Origin: a virus
Lineage: Duplodnaviria; Caudoviricetes
Reading direction: 5' to 3' (one strand)
DNA length: 43,706 nt
IMG/VR virus record: IMGVR_UViG_3300049792_000050
Location: 1-43,706 of that record
The position numbers and the translations under genes were made by a program. Position 1 is the first letter of the stretch. Each line of letters opens with the position of its first letter. The notes beneath the pieces were generated by a model. That model was not told where the DNA came from. It searched no databases and saw only the letters and a program-made list of their open reading frames with translations. Shown in pieces: positions 38,977-43,706 of this stretch.

Positions 38977-40683
38977 GTGAGCCTCGAGATCGAGACTGAA
39001 GACTTTCCCGGCACGATCAGCCTGATGATCAGCGTCGACGCGATCGTGCGCGGCGGCTACAACCCGAACGGCCGAATCGAGGGACCGGAGTACGACGAGT
39101 TCCGCGAGGACGTGCGCAAGCGCGGGGTGCTCCAGGCCGTGCTCGTTCGGCCGGCGACCGACGCCGAGAAGCGCGGGCTGCTCAATGCCATGTCCGTTCG
39201 GCTGGAGACTGACGCCGAGAAGCCCGAGGGCGACGCCTACTTTCTGATCGCCGGCCACCGCCGCGTCCAGGCCGCGATCGACACCATGATCGACAGGATC
39301 CCTGCGGTCGTGATCGCCTCGGACCCCAAGTCCGATGACGAGCTGCGCCTGATCGAGAACATCCACCGCGCCGACCTCGACCCGCTGGTCGAGGCCGAGG
39401 TCTACAGCGCGATGATCAAGACGTTCGGCGCCGATGGGCCCGAGGAGATCGCGACCCGCGTCGGCAAGCCCGCCGGGCACGTGCGCCGGCGGCTAGACCT
39501 CCTGCGCGTCTCGAAGAAGGTGCTCGACGCGGTCCGCGCCGGCGAACTGCAGCTGCGCGTCGCCGAGCTCGTGGGGTCGATCAGCAACGACAAGCTGCGC
39601 GCGAGCGCGTGCGAGGAGGCGATCGGGAGCCGCTGGAACGGCCCGGTCTCCGTGGCCGTGATGCGGCGCTGGATCGCGCAGAACGCCGGGCGCGCGCTCT
39701 CAGACGCCCCGTGGGACGTCACCGACGAGCAGCTCTACCAGGGCGATCCCTGCAAGGGCTCCTGCCGCCACTGCCCGTTCAACACCCAGAACCAGGGCGA
39801 GCTCTTCGGCGACGTCGGCAAGGAGGCCGCGTGCATGAACGCGGCGGGCTGGGCGGCGAAGTCGAAGGCGTTCTTCGATAAGAGGAGCGCCGAGGTCAAG
39901 GCCGCCGGCGGCGCCGTGCTCTCGAGCGTTGAGGCGAAGGCGCTCGCGCGCGGGAAGAGCGCGGGCCGCTACGCCGAGGTACGGGCGATCTGCCACCAGG
40001 ACTCGAGATACCGGACGTTCGGCGAGCTCGCGGGCAAGGATCTTGGCGTGCGCGCGATCGGATTCGCCGACGGCGAGATCGTGGAGGCCGTCGACGGTAA
40101 GGCGGTGCTCGCGTCCGCGAAGGAGCGCGGGATCAAGCTCTCGAGCCCGCACCCCTCGAGTGCGCGGCACAGCGTGGCCGAGAAGAAGCAACGCGCGAAT
40201 AGCCAGCGCGTGCGGTCCACGGTCGCGATCGCCATGGAGAAGATCGTCGAGAAGGCCGAACACGTGGCCCTCTCCCCGAAGTGGGTGCTCGAGCAGCTCA
40301 CGCGCGAGGCGTCCTCGGAGCAGGCGCGGACGCTGTGCATCCGCCGCGGCTGGGTGCCCGAGAAGAAGGAAGCCAAGGGCATGGGCGGATGGTCGCCGCG
40401 CGACGTCGTTCAGAAGCGCGGGTTCGAGCTCACCGACTCCCAGGCCCAGGGCGCGATCGTCGAGATCCTCGCGACGCCGCCCTATCCCGGGAACACCACC
40501 GGGATCGAGTCCGCCTGCAGCCAGTACGGCGTGAGCTGGGCGAAGCTGCTCGAGAGCGCCGAGAAGGGCGGTAGCGAGAGGAAGGCGGCGAAGAAGGGCA
40601 CGACGGCGAAGGCGAAGCGCACGAAGCGCGTCCCGCGAAAGACCCTCATCAAGAAGCGCGCGAAGAAAGGACGGCGCCGCTGA
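38977..40683 (+). CDS. ParB/RepB/Spo0J-family protein
   Basis: GGAGG-GTG start; GVLQAVLVRP, LIAGHRRVQAA, LIENIHRADLDPLVEAE, HTH EEIATRVGKPAGHVRRRL, CRHCPFNT. Confidence 0.85.
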   Translation: MSLEIETEDFPGTISLMISVDAIVRGGYNPNGRIEGPEYDEFREDVRKRGVLQAVLVRPATDAEKRGLLNAMSVRLETDAEKPEGDAYFLIAGHRRVQAAIDTMIDRIPAVVIASDPKSDDELRLIENIHRADLDPLVEAEVYSAMIKTFGADGPEEIATRVGKPAGHVRRRLDLLRVSKKVLDAVRAGELQLRVAELVGSISNDKLRASACEEAIGSRWNGPVSVAVMRRWIAQNAGRALSDAPWDVTDEQLYQGDPCKGSCRHCPFNTQNQGELFGDVGKEAACMNAAGWAAKSKAFFDKRSAEVKAAGGAVLSSVEAKALARGKSAGRYAEVRAICHQDSRYRTFGELAGKDLGVRAIGFADGEIVEAVDGKAVLASAKERGIKLSSPHPSSARHSVAEKKQRANSQRVRSTVAIAMEKIVEKAEHVALSPKWVLEQLTREASSEQARTLCIRRGWVPEKKEAKGMGGWSPRDVVQKRGFELTDSQAQGAIVEILATPPYPGNTTGIESACSQYGVSWAKLLESAEKGGSERKAAKKGTTAKAKRTKRVPRKTLIKKRAKKGRRR

Positions 40684-41048
40684 TGTTCCTGATCGCGATT
40701 TCAGGCATCGAGATCCGATGTGAGCACGCGGAGGACGTCGCGAAGCTCCTGCGCCTCCTCGGCTCGAGCACGATGCCCGCGCGCGCTGCCGCGCCGCGTG
40801 CGAAGCGCGCCGAGCCGGCCGCCGCGGCCGTGAAACGGATCCCCTCGGGCGCGAAGGCCGCCACGAAAAAAACGTGGGGGGGTAATCCGTCGCTTTCCGA
40901 CTCCGAGGTTCGGGAGCTCCACGAGAGGTACGTCGCCGGCGAACGCTCGAGCGAGCTCGCAGAGGAGGTCGGGGTCAGCTTGGTCACAATCTACGCCGGA
41001 TGGAAGCGCCTCGGGCTGGCGCTCAGGGGGCAAACCAATGAGAGCTAG
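40683..41048 (+). CDS. HTH DNA-binding protein
   Basis: C-terminal LSDSEVRELHERYVAGERSSELAEEVGVSLVTIY. Confidence 0.7.
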   Translation: MFLIAISGIEIRCEHAEDVAKLLRLLGSSTMPARAAAPRAKRAEPAAAAVKRIPSGAKAATKKTWGGNPSLSDSEVRELHERYVAGERSSELAEEVGVSLVTIYAGWKRLGLALRGQTNES

Positions 41049-42171
41049 CGTGGTTCGCCGGGCGATCGGAATCGCCGCCCTTGCCGTGGTCGCCGTGCTC
41101 GGCGCGGTCGGCCGCCCGGCCGCCGAGGTCCGGGTCGGCACGTACGGCTGGAACTACAAGAACGTCCCGACCGTCGCTCCGTTCGAGGGCTACGAGTTCG
41201 TCGCGCTGTCCCCGCGCGGGATCCTCGCGCCCGGCGTGCTCGACTCCCTGCGCGCGTTCGGCGCGTCTCCGATGATCCTGCTCCAGCCGTTCGTCGCGGT
41301 GTCGAACGGCGCGATCCTTACCGGGACCGACTATCCGTGGGATACGGCCGTGGCCGCGCTGGCGCAGGAGCATAACGCGATCCTGCGCGCCCCAGACGGG
41401 AGCTACGTCGACCAGTTCCCCGGCGACCGATGGGACGCATGGATTCTCGACTATCGCGACACGGCGTTCGTCGACGAGTTCGCGGCGCTGATCGTGCAGA
41501 CGTTCGGCGGGAAGGCCTTTGGAATCCTCTGGGACTACGGGTGCGGTGACCTCTCCTGGGAGAACCTCTCCGGCGTCGATCCGACGATCTGGCCGGCATG
41601 GCGGCGCGGGTTCGCCCGCCTGGTCGCGCGCGTGCGCGCGGGGCGCGGCATCGGGATCCACATCACGCAATGCGATCAATGGCCCGGGGAGCTCGCGAGC
41701 TCCTTCGACGGCCTTCACATGGAGCAGGCGGGGATGAGCCTCAACCCGCCGGTGAAGGTGTGGGCGAACGCAACCAGGTACCCCGGCCGGTGGAACCTGA
41801 TCCGCCAGGAGGACACCTACCCGCAGCGCCGGCGCCTGTTCGCGGCGATCGCGCGCCTCACCGACGCGAGATTCAACCAGTGCGATCTCCGCGGCGACTT
41901 CGGCGGCGGATCCGAGCAGAACCTCCGCGACTTCGAGCACTTCGGCATGGACCTGGGCACGTCGACGAACAACTGGTGGGCGCGCGCGCCAGGGGTCTAC
42001 CAGCGCATGTTCTCACGCGGGGTTGTGCTGGCGAACCTCTCGAGCGCGCCCTACGTCTACCAGCTCTCCAAGACGGTCTCCTACACGATCCAGCCGAGCG
42101 ACGGGCTCACGATCCAGACGCGCGACGCCCTCGGGAGGTTCATCACCCGAATCACGGACGCTGGCCGATGA
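41038..42171 (+). CDS. Exported glycoside-hydrolase-like protein (resembles GHL15-type TIM barrels)
   Basis: Sec-type signal ending PAA|E; ILDYRD, GILWD, FDGLHME, DLG...GVYQRMFSRGVVLANLS. Confidence 0.6.
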   Translation: MRASVVRRAIGIAALAVVAVLGAVGRPAAEVRVGTYGWNYKNVPTVAPFEGYEFVALSPRGILAPGVLDSLRAFGASPMILLQPFVAVSNGAILTGTDYPWDTAVAALAQEHNAILRAPDGSYVDQFPGDRWDAWILDYRDTAFVDEFAALIVQTFGGKAFGILWDYGCGDLSWENLSGVDPTIWPAWRRGFARLVARVRAGRGIGIHITQCDQWPGELASSFDGLHMEQAGMSLNPPVKVWANATRYPGRWNLIRQEDTYPQRRRLFAAIARLTDARFNQCDLRGDFGGGSEQNLRDFEHFGMDLGTSTNNWWARAPGVYQRMFSRGVVLANLSSAPYVYQLSKTVSYTIQPSDGLTIQTRDALGRFITRITDAGR

Positions 42172-42449
42172 GCGCGCGCGTGTTCCGCGTCGACGATTAC
42201 GAGTGGTGGATCGGAGACTGCGAGCCCGAGCAGGTCCTCGAGGCGTATCTCAAGTCCGCATACACCACGCGCGAGGAACACCTCGATGAACATGGGCTGC
42301 CGCGGCCTCTGACGGACGAAGAGCTCGATGGGTTGGACTACTGGATCGACGAGGTTGGTGAGCTAACCCGCACGTTTAGAGAGCAGCTGGCCCTCGACAT
42401 CGAGGGGGGAGTGCCCGAGCCGCGGCTGTTCGCGAGCACGGAGGGCTGA
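42168..42449 (+). CDS. Conserved phage hypothetical protein (93 aa)
   Basis: ATGA coupling; VFRVDDYEWWIG...LTDEELD...TFREQL...FASTE. Confidence 0.7.
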   Translation: MSARVFRVDDYEWWIGDCEPEQVLEAYLKSAYTTREEHLDEHGLPRPLTDEELDGLDYWIDEVGELTRTFREQLALDIEGGVPEPRLFASTEG

Positions 42450-42452
42450 CCA

Positions 42453-42698
42453 ATGAACAAGCCAAAACCACGCACGCGTTTGCAGATGAACAAGGAGAGG
42501 GTCGCTGCCGTGCTGGGCTGTCACGCGGATGAGGCCATCATCACCTATCCCGTCGCAACCTACTCGGTCGGGCAGGCTCATCCGAAGGATCGGAGACGAG
42601 GCCACCCGGGGATGATTCCTCCTACCGGTACCGGCGCGACCCTTAAGGAAGCAATCGCCGATCTTCGGCGCAAAATCGGCGGCGGCAGCAGAGCATGA
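42453..42698 (+). CDS. Hypothetical protein (81 aa)
   Basis: GGAGG RBS; GTGATLKEAIADL C-terminus; coupled to the ATPase. Confidence 0.6.
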   Translation: MNKPKPRTRLQMNKERVAAVLGCHADEAIITYPVATYSVGQAHPKDRRRGHPGMIPPTGTGATLKEAIADLRRKIGGGSRA

Positions 42699-43706
42699 GC
42701 CAGGCAAAGCTCCACCTCGCACCCGGCCTCGACCTCCCCGCCGACGTCGTCACCCAGGCGATCGCGATCCTCGCTCGCCGCGGCGCCGGCAAGTCCTACA
42801 CCGCGTCCGTCCTGGTCGAGGAGGTCGTCAAGGCCGGCCTGCCGGTCGTCGTGATCGACCCGACCGGAGCCTGGTACGGCCTGCGCACGTCGGCCGACGG
42901 AAAGCGGCCGGGCCTCTCGGTCCTGATCCTCGGAGGACCTCACGGCGACGTCCAGATCAAGGAGACTGCCGGGCGCGAGATCGCCGACCTGGTCGTCGAC
43001 TACCCGGGCGCGTACGTGATCGACCTGTCCTCGTTCGACACCAAGGCGAGCGAGCTCAGGTTCGTCGCTGACTTCCTCGAGCGCCTCTACCGCGCGAAGG
43101 GGACGAAGAAGAACGCCATGCTGCTCGTGGTCGACGAGGCCGACACGTTCGCTCCCCAAAGCACGCGCGCCGAGGGTGGGCCGATCCTGCGCACCCTGGG
43201 CGCGCTCGAGGCGATCGCGAGCCGCGGACGGATTCGCGGGTTCGGGCTCCTCCTGGTGACCCAGCGGTCCGCGAAGCTCCACAAGAACGTGCTCGCCCAG
43301 ACCGAGATCCTGATCGCGCTCCAGACGACTGACCCGCGCGATCGCGCGGCGATCAAGGCGTGGGTTGAGGGCAATGGCACGCCCGAGGAGCAGGCGCAGG
43401 TGCTCGGCTCGCTCGCCTCGCTCGAGCGTGGCGAGGCCTGGGTCTGGAGCCCGAGCTGGCTCCGGCTCCTCAAGCGCGTTCGGATCCGCAAGCGCGAGAC
43501 CTACGACAGCGGGCAGACGCCCGAGGTCGGGAGGGCCGTCCTGGCGCCCACCGCGCGCGCGACCGTCGACCTGGCTGCGCTCGAGGCGCGCATCGCCGCC
43601 AGCGTCGAGCAGGCGAAGGCGAACGACCCGAATGTGCTGAAAAGCCGCTTATCGACTCTCGAGAAGGAGCTCGCGGCCGCGCGCGCCGCGAAGCCGCCGG
43701 GGGCGG
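42695..43706 (+). CDS. N-terminal part of HerA/DUF87-like P-loop ATPase (missing from the ORF track; continues at 1-845)
   Basis: Translation from ATG 42695: AILARRGAGKSYT (Walker A), VVIDPTGAWYGL, LLVVDEADTFAPQ (Walker B), RGRIRGFGLLLVTQRSAKL. Confidence 0.88.
   Translation, partial: MSQAKLHLAPGLDLPADVVTQAIAILARRGAGKSYTASVLVEEVVKAGLPVVVIDPTGAWYGLRTSADGKRPGLSVLILGGPHGDVQIKETAGREIADLVVDYPGAYVIDLSSFDTKASELRFVADFLERLYRAKGTKKNAMLLVVDEADTFAPQSTRAEGGPILRTLGALEAIASRGRIRGFGLLLVTQRSAKLHKNVLAQTEILIALQTTDPRDRAAIKAWVEGNGTPEEQAQVLGSLASLERGEAWVWSPSWLRLLKRVRIRKRETYDSGQTPEVGRAVLAPTARATVDLAALEARIAASVEQAKANDPNVLKSRLSTLEKELAAARAAKPPGA
43575..43700 (+). repeat. Terminal direct repeat, right copy
   Basis: Identical to 1-126; the final 6 nt of the window (GGGCGG) differ from 127-132 (TGCCGG). 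Confidence 0.95.

Larger units (their letters stand above)
1..43706. mobile_element. Complete or near-complete temperate tailed phage genome (siphovirus morphotype), circular/attP-joined form
   Basis: Integrase, excisionase, terminase, portal, capsid, tail tube, tape measure, tail tip, endolysin and replication genes are all present. No host housekeeping genes. The ends overlap by 126 bp. Confidence 0.95.

Noticed and set aside
43701-43706. Terminal 6 nt differing from positions 127-132
   Set aside because: Most likely contig-end error; too short to interpret as a variant or junction.

Overview
The window looks like an essentially complete (~43.57 kb unique), GC-rich temperate siphovirus genome, assembled as a circle: bases 1-126 recur at 43575-43700, and one HerA-like ATPase gene runs through the junction. 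It encodes a tyrosine integrase and excisionase. The attP carries the 5' half of a tRNA-Cys with its own promoter-like element. It also has a lambda-type terminase with a recognisable cos-like site, a lambda-type portal, a protease-capsid fusion, a non-contractile tail with a -1 frameshifted chaperone, an M15 endolysin, a replication initiator and an early operon. The lambda gene order is strongly rearranged: terminase and portal are about 21 kb apart on opposite strands. The most unusual region is a late rightward operon after the portal (28959-34498). It holds mostly membrane or exported proteins, including a holin-like domain fused to an apparent 8-stranded outer-membrane beta-barrel, and a catalytically intact subtilisin-family protease ending in a T9SS/FlgD-like tail. 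Other notable items are a TadE-type pilin, an exported glycoside-hydrolase-like protein, a candidate antisense RNA over the replication-gene start, and a palindrome shared by two structural-gene upstream regions. All family assignments come from motif recognition by eye; no database search was run.
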